Of a stretch of 64,000 nt of DNA, positions 40,888 to 50,488 are shown piece by piece. The position numbers and the translations under genes were made by a program. The DNA lies in contig JBBQFN010000003.1 of the NCBI GenBank assembly GCA_038321985.1, positions 32,001-96,000 of the forward strand, in the 5' to 3' direction. Position 1 is the stretch's first letter; each line of letters begins with the position of its first letter. The stretch is from Cyanophyceae cyanobacterium (lineage in GTDB: Bacteria > Cyanobacteriota > Cyanobacteriia > Cyanobacteriales > Laspinemataceae). Under the pieces are notes generated by a model that ran no database searches, had not been told where the DNA came from, and saw only the letters and a list, made by a program, of their open reading frames with translations.

Positions 40888-41823
40888 TTAGCAGGGAGGA
40901 TGGCTACGGCTTGCCGACAGATGGAATGATTTTAGACGAGTTGAAATAGCTTGTGCAGTTTGGGGACGACGACGCCAATCGGGTGCCATCAATTCATCCA
41001 GCAAGAGGGCAAACTCTGGAGAAATAGCAGGAGTGCGATCGCGCCAGATCAGTTCTCCTTCAGGGGTTTCGGGAAAGTCTAGGGGAGTTAACCCCGTTAG
41101 GCAATATAAACAGGTGCGCCCGATCGCGAAAAAATCCGATTGCGGTTGGCTGTCGCCGGTGAGTTGTTCCGGTGGCGCATAACCACTGGTTCCGACTCGG
41201 GTAGTTCGACTCTGGCGATCGGCAACACTCCCAAAGTCAATTAACTGCACTTGTCCATCAAGTGTGAGAATTAGGTTACTTGGTTTAATATCTCGATGCA
41301 CCAACCCTTCTCGATGAATTGTATCGATAATCTCCAGCAACTGTGCTAACCACTCGCCGGCTTCGGCTTCGGAAATAGAACCCTGTTTTTCAATCTGTGC
41401 CTCTACCGTTTCCCCTTCTTTTTTTTCCATCACTAACCCATGTAGGGATTTATGAGGAGGAAGAGTGAGGATAAAATATCCCCCCGGTTCCATCTGGGGA
41501 ATCCCCGGATGTCGCAACCATATCAAAACTCGCGCCTCTTGCTTAAAAAGGCGGACAAAATCAGAATTTTTGGTAAATTTAAGGACTTTCATTACCTTGT
41601 TTGTCCCCCATTCCTCTTCTCCCCAATCCTGAACTTGATAGATATCGCAGGGGTAAGCCGGATTCAGTTCGCGCAAAGGTTTTTCGATTCGATAGCGATC
41701 GCAAATTAGCAAGGGAGAACCGCAGTTACTACAGTAATTCTTAGAGTCGGGATTTTCCCGCTGGAGGCAATGGGGATTAATACAGTAACTCACACCACTG
41801 TTAAATGTTAGAAGATAAGGCAT
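40888..41823 (-). CDS. Hanks-type Ser/Thr kinase with 4-Cys N-terminal prefix
   Basis: YCINPHC..NYCSNCG, KVMK, FKQE, HRDIKPSN, LIDFG, GYAPPEQ. Confidence 0.9.
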   Translation of the reverse strand: MPYLLTFNSGVSYCINPHCLQRENPDSKNYCSNCGSPLLICDRYRIEKPLRELNPAYPCDIYQVQDWGEEEWGTNKVMKVLKFTKNSDFVRLFKQEARVLIWLRHPGIPQMEPGGYFILTLPPHKSLHGLVMEKKEGETVEAQIEKQGSISEAEAGEWLAQLLEIIDTIHREGLVHRDIKPSNLILTLDGQVQLIDFGSVADRQSRTTRVGTSGYAPPEQLTGDSQPQSDFFAIGRTCLYCLTGLTPLDFPETPEGELIWRDRTPAISPEFALLLDELMAPDWRRRPQTAQAISTRLKSFHLSASRSHPPC

Positions 41824-41956
41824 TGGGTAGACTGAGGGGAAACTTGGATCTCTTGCAACGGTGAAAGCATTCTTTTAAGGAAAGCCATCTCCAGAAAACC
41901 AAATTTCCCCTTTTTCGTTCGGAAGTGTCTAGGCGATCGCCTGTGGTAGAATCCGT

Positions 41957-43642
41957 TTAACTCGCCATAATAGCCAGCAAGTTCCGCAGATTAGCACTAG
42001 CATATCCGACTTCCATTTGGGTTTTATTTTTGAGTCCTTCCGCTATTCCTTCCAACTGATTGATTAACTCCTCATATCCCCCACTTCGCATCACCAAGGG
42101 TTGCAACTCGGCTTTAACTTGTTGTACCATTTGGGGTTTTTGAGCAGCAGCTTTACCTTTTTTGCCTGAAGAAGTCGCTACGGCACCGAGATTGTGTTGG
42201 ATGAAAATTCTTAAATTTTCGAGTTTTTTAGTTTTCACCAACTGTTTAATCTCTTCACAGGCATTTTTCACTAATTTAGTGGTGACAAACTTCATCATCA
42301 AAGGTTGCAAGGTAAAGAAAATATCAGCCGCTGTTTCCTGTTTTTCAATTAAGGCGCGGCGATCCAAGGAGTCTAGGGTTTTCAACATCTCCGATAGGGA
42401 GACGGGTAATAACAGGTCCTCCCGTAAGCGGGACAAGGTAACCGGACTCCGCTCGATCGCCAACCAGTACAAAATCTCTTCTTCTGATGGAGACAAGCGA
42501 TCGAAGTGCTGCTCTAATAAATGAGTCAGGGTATCTTCTATAAATAACTCTGTCGCTTTCAGGAAGGTAGCGGGGTTTCCATTAAAAAATTCTTTAATGG
42601 TGGTGGCAATAATCTTATACGCTAAGAGATTATCTCCATAGCGTTTAACGAGTTCTACCCATTCTTTATCCGTGGGAGCTACTCCTTTATCCGCAAAGAT
42701 TTCCCGGGCGATTTCGTGAGAATCCATCGGTTGCAGGGTTTGGACTTTTTCCCCATGCAATAAGGCGATTTCGGCGGGTTCTTCTGTGGTGACGAGTAGG
42801 AAGCAGCTTTGATGATTGGTTTCCGCAATTCGCTTGATGAAATCGCGATAATTTTCAAAGCCTGGACGATAATTTCCGGCCAGTTCATCGCCCTTGAGTA
42901 AGGCATCGATATCGTCTAAAATGATCATGCAGCGATTCTTTTTCAAGAAGTCTAGCAGCCGCAATATTTTACCGCTGAGATCATCAGGAATATCCGGTTT
43001 CTTCGGGGTAGAAAGGGTTTGCAGGAGGTTACCGAGTAAGTCGTCGAGTTTTGGTGCCGCCGATAGGGACCGCCACACCACAAACTCAAACTCGCTTTCA
43101 AGCTGTTTAGCAATTTGTACGGAAAGTACAGTTTTGCCGATGCCAGTCATCCCTAAAAGAGTGACTAAGCGAGAGTTTTCATCGATAATTAATTCTTCTA
43201 GAATTTTTAGTTCTTCAGTGCGTCCGTAAAATTGAGATACATCTGGCGACTCACCCCAATCTTGGCGGCGGTTTCCAGTGGAGACTCCTTCGCTAGACTG
43301 TGCGGCGGGTGCGGGTTCGCGTTTGCTCGAAGTTGCGGCGGGTTCAGCTTTAGCTTTGGTTTTGGTTGGTGCCGGTGCTTCAGTTTCTCGCGCTTGGTAT
43401 TGATAGAAAAGCTGATGGCGCAATTCGGCCAGCTTACCCGGACCCCGCCCATAAATGCTAAATTTTCTGTAGACTTCGCCGAGTCGTTTCCGAACGGCAA
43501 TGTTGCTGATCCCTAGGATAGTAGCGATCGCAGCGGTGGAATTACCATCGAGTGCCATCATTACGGTTTCTAACTCGGCATCGGAAACGCCTCGTTCTTT
43601 CGACACTTCGGTTAAAAATTCGGGTGGAATTTGGTTAGTCAA
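41957..43642 (-). CDS. HTH + NB-ARC (STAND) ATPase without WD40 repeats
   Basis: N-terminal HTH (IATILGISNIAVRKRLGEVYRKF); RQDWGESPDVSQFYGR; Walker A GMTGIGKT; Walker B IILDD; TTG start. Confidence 0.85.
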   Translation of the reverse strand: MTNQIPPEFLTEVSKERGVSDAELETVMMALDGNSTAAIATILGISNIAVRKRLGEVYRKFSIYGRGPGKLAELRHQLFYQYQARETEAPAPTKTKAKAEPAATSSKREPAPAAQSSEGVSTGNRRQDWGESPDVSQFYGRTEELKILEELIIDENSRLVTLLGMTGIGKTVLSVQIAKQLESEFEFVVWRSLSAAPKLDDLLGNLLQTLSTPKKPDIPDDLSGKILRLLDFLKKNRCMIILDDIDALLKGDELAGNYRPGFENYRDFIKRIAETNHQSCFLLVTTEEPAEIALLHGEKVQTLQPMDSHEIAREIFADKGVAPTDKEWVELVKRYGDNLLAYKIIATTIKEFFNGNPATFLKATELFIEDTLTHLLEQHFDRLSPSEEEILYWLAIERSPVTLSRLREDLLLPVSLSEMLKTLDSLDRRALIEKQETAADIFFTLQPLMMKFVTTKLVKNACEEIKQLVKTKKLENLRIFIQHNLGAVATSSGKKGKAAAQKPQMVQQVKAELQPLVMRSGGYEELINQLEGIAEGLKNKTQMEVGYASANLRNLLAIMAS

Positions 43643-44569
43643 GGTTTCTAATCTTTACAAACGATACAACGTTTTTCATTATACTGTGTTTCTAACGGTT
43701 TGTTGTCGGCTTCTGGGATCGAGGGTCTAAAAATTTTTGCGATTTTAATCCTGCACCAATGGCGATCGCAAGACGAACGATACAAGGAGCAAAATTCCCT
43801 GGGTGGGACAGTCTCCAGGGACGCTATAACCGCTCCCCCCAAGGATTTCCAGCTTTAAAATTTTCTCGGTTCCTGTTTCTTTCTTCCGCTACTTGACAAT
43901 GTTTTGTAGATTATGCCTCAGCACTTTGAATAAAAAATCAATCTTCCTCCCTCCAGATATTCCCGTCACTCTAGACCAAACTTGATTCTTGAGAGATAAA
44001 ATTTTTCACCCCCTCACCTCTGGAGTCAGAGAACCGGGGAAAGATATTCTCGAACAGCCTCAATGACAATCACCCCTCACTCCCGTCCTGATGTTCTAAG
44101 GATGGAAACAGAAACCCGAGGAAAAATCAGCAAGTTCTACAGGGTCTTTTCCACAAACCCTACGAGATAGAATTGGTGTCTATCCCGAGGAATTTTCCCA
44201 TCTATACTTAGCGGAGCTGGGATATTTTAACACAAGAGATAGAAAAAAAATCACCCCGAGGTACGAAAGGATAAAAATAAGCGATCGCCCGCTAGTGAGG
44301 TATCCAAATGTTCCCAACCATCGCAGGAGGAGACAAAGGAGTTAACTATGCTTTGTGTTGCGGCAAATTTCAGGTATAAAGTCGCTAATAACAATCCCGG
44401 GGTTTTGACTGATGAACCCGGGGTTTTATAAAGTACATCCCTTAAAAATGCTTATTTAGGAAAAAAGGTGCTGGGGAATTCTTTAACAAAATGTTACCTT
44501 TGCTGAATCATGCCCGGATAGTCCGAGGCGCAACCCCGATTTAAAAGAATTCCCGAGTTTATCCTGATA

Positions 44570-45037
44570 TTACGGACGTTGGCTAGCGTTGAGACTGCGA
44601 ATAATCCAATAACTAATCGAGAGAGCAAAAATTGCACCCGCCAATCCTAATAAGGCAAATTCTGAATATTTTTCTAAGTCAAAAATAATAATTTTCCGGG
44701 CAACGGCAACCAAGGAAGTAACAATCACCAGTTCAACTTGAACGGTGTGTTTTTTCATGTAAGCTGTAATATTTTCTAAAATTTCCATAGAGATGAGAAT
44801 ATTTAGAAATAAGCCAAATATCTTAAATAAAGTATGAGTTAAAAATCCTATGGGTTCAGTGAAAAGGACTTGAACCAAAAATATAATTAAGTCAGCGACG
44901 GCAACCAAAATGATGATAATCATTAAAATTGATAACACTTTGGCGACTGCAATCTGAATTTGTTCGGTGATTTCTACAAAGTTATCATCTCGGAAACAAT
45001 TGCTAATTTCGTAATACCACCTTCTGAATCGTCGCAT
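44570..45037 (-). CDS. Phosphate-starvation-inducible PsiE family membrane protein
   Basis: Four TM segments; FLNILISMEILENITAY, LVAVARKIII. Confidence 0.85.
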   Translation of the reverse strand: MRRFRRWYYEISNCFRDDNFVEITEQIQIAVAKVLSILMIIIILVAVADLIIFLVQVLFTEPIGFLTHTLFKIFGLFLNILISMEILENITAYMKKHTVQVELVIVTSLVAVARKIIIFDLEKYSEFALLGLAGAIFALSISYWIIRSLNASQRP

Positions 45038-45239
45038 CGTTTAGATAAGAATAAAAGGACTTAACACAGCCTGTATAGATCGGTTCAAATACAGGAGAAA
45101 GAACGGGCAAATGTTATCACAAAAGGGGATAAATTTCAGATTTATCCCACTATTAGCCTTACTCTATAAAGTTTAGGGTCGGTTTTAACTGATGGAGAGA
45201 CCCCCTAGATATTGTCTTTGCATTGGTTAAAAGACTCAC

Positions 45240-46073
45240 CTATACTCCTGCCGGTGCTTTACCTGTTAACACCTCCGGAGTTAAGACTTGATTGAGCTTA
45301 CCACTGCGATAACCTTCTAAATCTAGGTTAACATAAATGAAGCCTAATTCTTGAAAAGCCGCCACTAAAGCGGGTAAGTCCGTAATTAATACAAATTCCT
45401 TAATTTGTTCCGGAGGTAATTCAATTCTAGCACTATCTCCTTCTGAGCGAACTCTTAAATTTTTAAGCCCTAATTTTCGTAGATAGCGTTCGGCCCGACC
45501 GACTCTTTGGAGCTTTTCTACGGTAATTTCTTCCCCATAAGGAAACCGAGAACTTAGACAGGGTTGCGCGGGTTTATCCCACCAGGGCAAGTCTAATAAT
45601 TTAGCCAGTTGACGCACCTCTAATTTAGTGAGTCCGACTTCAGCAAGGGGCGATCGCGCACCCCGTTCTTTGGCAGCTTGAATCCCGGGTCTATAATCGT
45701 GCAAGTCATCACCATTAACTCCATCCACCACATAGGGATACCCCCGAGAAATAGCAAGGGGTTTGAGGGTATCATGCAGTTCACTTTTACAGAAATAACA
45801 CCGATTAACGGGATTGGCGGTGTAATTGGGATTCGCCATTTCTTGGGTGGTTACTTCTTCATGAGCAATCCCAATTTCGGCAGCTTGAATCCGGGCATCT
45901 TCTAGGTCTTCGGGAAGAAGAGAGGGAGAAACGGCGGTAACTGCTAAGGCGCGATCGCCCAGGGTATCGTAAGCGATTTTGGCAATCAATGTACTATCAA
46001 TACCGCCGGAATAGGCAACTAAAGCCCGGTCCATTTCGTGAAAAATTTGTTGGAGTTCTTGAAGTTGTTGCAT
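45240..46073 (-). CDS. larE: LarE-family ATP-dependent sacrificial sulfur transferase
   Basis: PP-loop AYSGGIDS, RCYFCK, DYRPG, PCLSSRFPYG. Confidence 0.9.
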   Translation of the reverse strand: MQQLQELQQIFHEMDRALVAYSGGIDSTLIAKIAYDTLGDRALAVTAVSPSLLPEDLEDARIQAAEIGIAHEEVTTQEMANPNYTANPVNRCYFCKSELHDTLKPLAISRGYPYVVDGVNGDDLHDYRPGIQAAKERGARSPLAEVGLTKLEVRQLAKLLDLPWWDKPAQPCLSSRFPYGEEITVEKLQRVGRAERYLRKLGLKNLRVRSEGDSARIELPPEQIKEFVLITDLPALVAAFQELGFIYVNLDLEGYRSGKLNQVLTPEVLTGKAPAGV

Positions 46074-46133
46074 GAGTGATTTAAATTTAAAAAGAATTAC
46101 CAATCCGGCTAAAAAATCTTAGAAAATTAGGGT

Positions 46134-46907
46134 TTAAAATTCCCGTTGCGAAAAGATTAAATTAGCGATCGCCAATAGCAACAGGATATAAAATAAGGCG
46201 TAAATGAAATTGAAAATCAAGGTAACTGTATCGGGTAATATCCCGTAAACCGCTTGATTTTTAAGGTCTAAGCGGGATAAATCGGGTAAGATCAGATATA
46301 ACCCTCTGGTAATCGCCTCAACTGTGGGATTTTTACTCAATTCACCCGCTTGAACGATATCCTGGCTGAGGTGTCCCATTACATAAACGGCAAAGGTGAG
46401 GAGGGTCGCTAATAAAGAACTGGTAAAGACACTCAGGGCGATCGCCACTGCCGTGAGTAAACACAGTTCTAAAAATAAGTAAAACGCCGCCACTAGCAAA
46501 CTAAACAGGGGATACTCCACCTGCGATAGACTCATCAACCCTAAATATACCGCCATCGTCACCGTAATTAGCACCGCAATCACAGCACAGAGTCCAATAT
46601 GTTTGCCGACGATAAATTCGGCGCGACTAATCGGTTTAGCCAGCAAAACGAGAATTGTGCGATTTTCGATTTCGTTCTGGACGGGTGCGGTCCCCACAAA
46701 TCCTGCAACGATTAATCCTAAAATTCCGATCGCCGCGATTCCCAAATCAAGGAGAATTTTGTCCTCTGTGAGCACAGCATATTCGGGAAGGAGGCGCATT
46801 GCACCAATAAAAAACAACCCAAACACCATGATAAAATAGAGGACACGAGCCCGAATCACTTCCCAAAAGACATTGTTTGCGATCGCTAACGTTCTGCCCG
46901 GGTTCAA
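46134..46907 (-). CDS. fraE: FraE, ABC-2 permease-like filament integrity protein
   Basis: EIENRTILVLLAKPISRAEFIVGK; TTG start with GGAGG RBS; third gene after fraC-fraD. Confidence 0.75.
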   Translation of the reverse strand: MNPGRTLAIANNVFWEVIRARVLYFIMVFGLFFIGAMRLLPEYAVLTEDKILLDLGIAAIGILGLIVAGFVGTAPVQNEIENRTILVLLAKPISRAEFIVGKHIGLCAVIAVLITVTMAVYLGLMSLSQVEYPLFSLLVAAFYLFLELCLLTAVAIALSVFTSSLLATLLTFAVYVMGHLSQDIVQAGELSKNPTVEAITRGLYLILPDLSRLDLKNQAVYGILPDTVTLIFNFIYALFYILLLLAIANLIFSQREF

Positions 46908-47048
46908 GCGCCACCTCCTCGCTTCAATTTCAACTTTTCTAGATTTTCCTATGAGCAAATTTTAAAGGAATAGGGGCTAAAAGGCAAGAAAAAATTTAAG
47001 GGGCTTGGCCCAGTCAATCTCCTAGAGAATAGAGCCTCCCTTTCTATT

Positions 47049-48038
47049 TTAATCGAAGCCTTGCCCTTGAGCTGGAATGGGTCCTGATTTAGGTTTGCTG
47101 GCCGGTGTGCACTCCAGTGTAGCCCGGGCTAGTGCCTCTCCAGGAGGGCGATCGCTTCCCCGTCCAGGTTGGTTATAGGTCCGGGAAATTTCACAAGATT
47201 TCTCTAGGTAAGATTTCTTAGAGGTTAAGGGCAACCCTGTCCAAACCGCAAATAAAGTGATGCCATATCCCGCTTGCCGCTGAACCAAACTTCCTTGGAG
47301 TTTCCACAATTCATTTTCGGCAATATTCGGTAGTCTTTTTTTAACTTCCTTATCTATCGAAATTCGCTTCTCTACCAATCCAGAAATAATTTGAGTTGCT
47401 CGCGGCCATCGTTGCCCCTCTATCTCTTCCCTTAAAAAAGATTCCATCGAGTTAATCATGATTTCTCCCCGGGGAACTTTCGGGGCTTCAATGCTCGTGG
47501 CGATCGCAAATGAACTGCGAGTAAAATCTTCACTTAATAAACTCGGATAGTCAATCAGCCACTGGTTGAGTAAAAATCCAAATTGCAACCATAAACTGAC
47601 CAGGACATGGAATAAAAACATCACGGTCAATTCTTTTCGGATAGGAATAGGAGGCCAGCTAGGTAAGATTTGTCCTCTAAAAAATTTAGGCACTGACCGG
47701 ACTGAGGCTGTCAGCAACGGCCAGGTTACCACCATCGCTTGATCCCGCCACTTGTAGGGTAAGTCATCCAACAATATAATACTCAGTAGCAATCCCACAA
47801 TCCAAGGTCCGATTTTTATACCGAATATTTTTATGGGTCGTTCCCATTGCCACCAAGCAGTTCCCACCACAAAAAATATCAATCCGCCCGTATGGGTAAA
47901 ATGATAGGCATTAAGAGCCGGGGGAACCAGCAGCCAGGAAAAGGCAGAGAGCAGCCAAGAAAATATGCTTAATAAAATGAACGTTTCCCAGCAAAAGGGT
48001 CGAGGGGGTCTGAGTCTATCGATAGAGTATTTGAGCAT
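47049..48038 (-). CDS. fraD: Septal junction protein FraD
   Basis: Five N-terminal TM segments, WLQFGF...WL.DYPSLL.EDF..S.F, and a periplasmic domain with a C-terminal Cys pair; between fraC and fraE. Confidence 0.75.
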   Translation of the reverse strand: MLKYSIDRLRPPRPFCWETFILLSIFSWLLSAFSWLLVPPALNAYHFTHTGGLIFFVVGTAWWQWERPIKIFGIKIGPWIVGLLLSIILLDDLPYKWRDQAMVVTWPLLTASVRSVPKFFRGQILPSWPPIPIRKELTVMFLFHVLVSLWLQFGFLLNQWLIDYPSLLSEDFTRSSFAIATSIEAPKVPRGEIMINSMESFLREEIEGQRWPRATQIISGLVEKRISIDKEVKKRLPNIAENELWKLQGSLVQRQAGYGITLFAVWTGLPLTSKKSYLEKSCEISRTYNQPGRGSDRPPGEALARATLECTPASKPKSGPIPAQGQGFD

Positions 48039-48253
48039 TTTCCCATTTGAAAGGGCAGCGGATTAGATCTAGGGCATGGTTTCACGATGAGATCCAGGGG
48101 ACAACAAGTCAGGTTTCTGGCCCTTTAGGGGTGGCAAAGCCAGCTAATCTTTGTTAAAGAAACCCGGTTGTCTTCCCGATACTGTACCGACCCCCTAGAC
48201 CCCTGAGGACACTCACCGGGGTTTTAAATCGGTTTGGGGGATGAGTCCAGGAT

Positions 48254-48766
48254 CTACAGGTTTTTTAACCATAGCACCATTAAAATCACGCTATGACTGT
48301 AGGAATGACCCCATAATACAGCCATTGCTTGGCGTCGTTCTGGGGCTTTTTTTACTTTGCGGGTGTAATATCTAACATCTTCTAAGTTAAGTTCCGATTC
48401 TGGTTTGAGGGGGTAAGCTGAATCAACTATTTTATTTAATATGTTTAAACTAAGGAGTTTGAGTGAAAAATTGGCCCAAAAAAGGATAAACCCGATCAAA
48501 AAAATTAAAGAAAGGCCACCGTCTCCCAATTGATTTAAAAAAATATAGGTAATCAGTTGGATTTTAAGGGGGGGGGAGAGAAAGGGTTCGATATAAAAGA
48601 AAAATATCCAGCCTACACAAGCTGAAATTAAATTAATCGCCAGGGCAAATTCCACGCTGGTTTTCCGGCTGAGTTGACAGCGCGAATAGAAAACGGCCGA
48701 TTCAATGGCAACCGAGACGGTTAAAAAAAAGGTTTGAAGTAAAATAGTGGGCAGAGGAAGAAGCAT
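48254..48766 (-). CDS. fraC: Filament integrity protein FraC
   Basis: LP...Q.FFL.VSVAIES, RKTSVEFALAINL...VGWIFFF; divergent from cobO. Confidence 0.78.
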   Translation of the reverse strand: MLLPLPTILLQTFFLTVSVAIESAVFYSRCQLSRKTSVEFALAINLISACVGWIFFFYIEPFLSPPLKIQLITYIFLNQLGDGGLSLIFLIGFILFWANFSLKLLSLNILNKIVDSAYPLKPESELNLEDVRYYTRKVKKAPERRQAMAVLWGHSYSHSVILMVLWLKNL

Positions 48767-49049
48767 AACTCTCTTTTACTCCGATCTGGCCTATTCTACC
48801 CTGATATGGATGTAGTTTAGCGCGAGAGGATGACGCAGAGCGGGAAGATAGGGAGGATGCTTATAAGTATAGGTTTTTTAGTTTAACTTTGCTCGGATTC
48901 CGGTGCAAACCTCCTCCTGTTCCCCGGATCAGGGCCAGTTTTTTAAGAACCCAGACCCCGAAATTCTCTTCAATCTCCGGGGACTTAGGGAAAACGGGAC
49001 GAGAACTCTGATAATAAGAGGAGAAGGCATTCATACCATACTGGGATCT

Positions 49050-50183
49050 ATGACAAGAACTGGCATCGGCATTCGCACGGCTCAAGTTTCCCACGAGCGC
49101 ATCGTAGGTCAGATTCACGTTTATGATGGTGCGGGAAAGGGCAAGTCCCAAGCGGCCCTAGGAGTGGTGCTGCGTTCGATTGGCCTCGGAATTAATACAA
49201 CGCAGCAAAGCAGAGTGCTGCTGTTGCGGTTTCTCAAGGGTCCGGCGCGTCATTATGAAGAAGATGCGGCGATCGAAGCATTGCAACGGGGTTTTCCTCA
49301 TCTGATCGACCAGGTTCGCACGGGTCGGGCGGAGTTTTTTGGGCCGGATGAAATTACACGGTTTGACCGACTCGAAGCCCAACGGGGTTGGGATGTGGCA
49401 AAAGGGGCGATTGCCTCGGGTCTCTATTCGGTTGTGGTTTTGGACGAAATTAATCCGGTTCTGGATTTGGGACTACTCTCTACGGAGGAGGTGGTTCACA
49501 CCCTTCGGGATAAACCCGAACATCTAGAAATTATTGCCACTGGGCGATCGGCACCCCCTGCTTTATTGGAGGTTGCGGATTTACATTCGGAAATGAAGTC
49601 CCACTATCATGCGGGAGGGGTAGAAAGTGGCATTAGTGGGATTGAAATTTATACGGGTTCGGGAAAGGGTAAGTCTACCAGTGCTTTGGGTAAAGCGTTG
49701 CAGGCGATCGGCAAGGGAATCAGCCAGGACCAATCCCATCGGGTGCTGATTGTGCAGTGGTTGAAGGGAGGAAGTGGCTATACGGAAGATGCGGCGATCG
49801 CTGCTTTGCGCCACAGTTACCCGAATCTAGTGGATCATCAGCGCTGTGGTGGCGATGCCATTGTCTGGCGGGGTCAACAGAAAGAGATCGATTACGTTGA
49901 GGCAGAACGGGGTTGGGAAATTGCGCGATCGGCGATGGCTTCGGGACTTTATAAAACTATTGTCCTGGATGAACTCAATCCCACTGTTGACTTAGAACTG
50001 CTCGAAGTTCAACCGATTGTTGATGCCTTACTCCGGAAACCCAAAGATACAGAAATCATTATCACGGGTCGCTGTCAAAATATTCCGGCTTATTTTGATT
50101 TAGCCAGTGTTCACTCGGAAGTGTTCTGCCATAAACATTATGCAAATCAAGGGGTAGAACTCAAGCGAGGCGTAGATTTCTAA
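49050..50183 (+). CDS. cobO: Cob(I)yrinic acid a,c-diamide adenosyltransferase, tandem two-domain cyanobacterial form
   Basis: Two P-loops (YDGAGKGKS, YTGSGKGKST) and two LDE.N / TGR motifs. Confidence 0.88.
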   Translation: MTRTGIGIRTAQVSHERIVGQIHVYDGAGKGKSQAALGVVLRSIGLGINTTQQSRVLLLRFLKGPARHYEEDAAIEALQRGFPHLIDQVRTGRAEFFGPDEITRFDRLEAQRGWDVAKGAIASGLYSVVVLDEINPVLDLGLLSTEEVVHTLRDKPEHLEIIATGRSAPPALLEVADLHSEMKSHYHAGGVESGISGIEIYTGSGKGKSTSALGKALQAIGKGISQDQSHRVLIVQWLKGGSGYTEDAAIAALRHSYPNLVDHQRCGGDAIVWRGQQKEIDYVEAERGWEIARSAMASGLYKTIVLDELNPTVDLELLEVQPIVDALLRKPKDTEIIITGRCQNIPAYFDLASVHSEVFCHKHYANQGVELKRGVDF

Positions 50184-50488
50184 CAGTTCTTTTGGGTTCG
50201 GCTTTTCGTCGGGATCTGGCATGGTTATATCCCGACGATTTTAAAATTAAATTTTAAAATAGCTGAGATTTTTTAGAATTTATGCCTTTAATTTTTAAAT
50301 TAAATATCTAGAAATTACCCAACTCTTTCTAACTTTTATCAGGGCTTTTTATTACTTTAAAATAGGCATTGCTATCGCTGCGCTTAAAGCCCGACATCCT
50401 CCAGGGGAAGACTCCAAACACGGTAGCTATGGCTGTAGCTTTTCTTCAGAGAAAATAAGTCTTTTATAACCGGATTTTGTACTACCGA

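Noticed and set aside
43643..44569. 0.9-kb spacer containing a 64-aa ORF (43648-43842), checked for tRNA/ncRNA
   Set aside because: No cloverleaf or known RNA motif; the ORF has no recognisable features. Probably promoter DNA.
49050..50183. Internally duplicated CobO
   Set aside because: The two-domain form is the usual cyanobacterial architecture.
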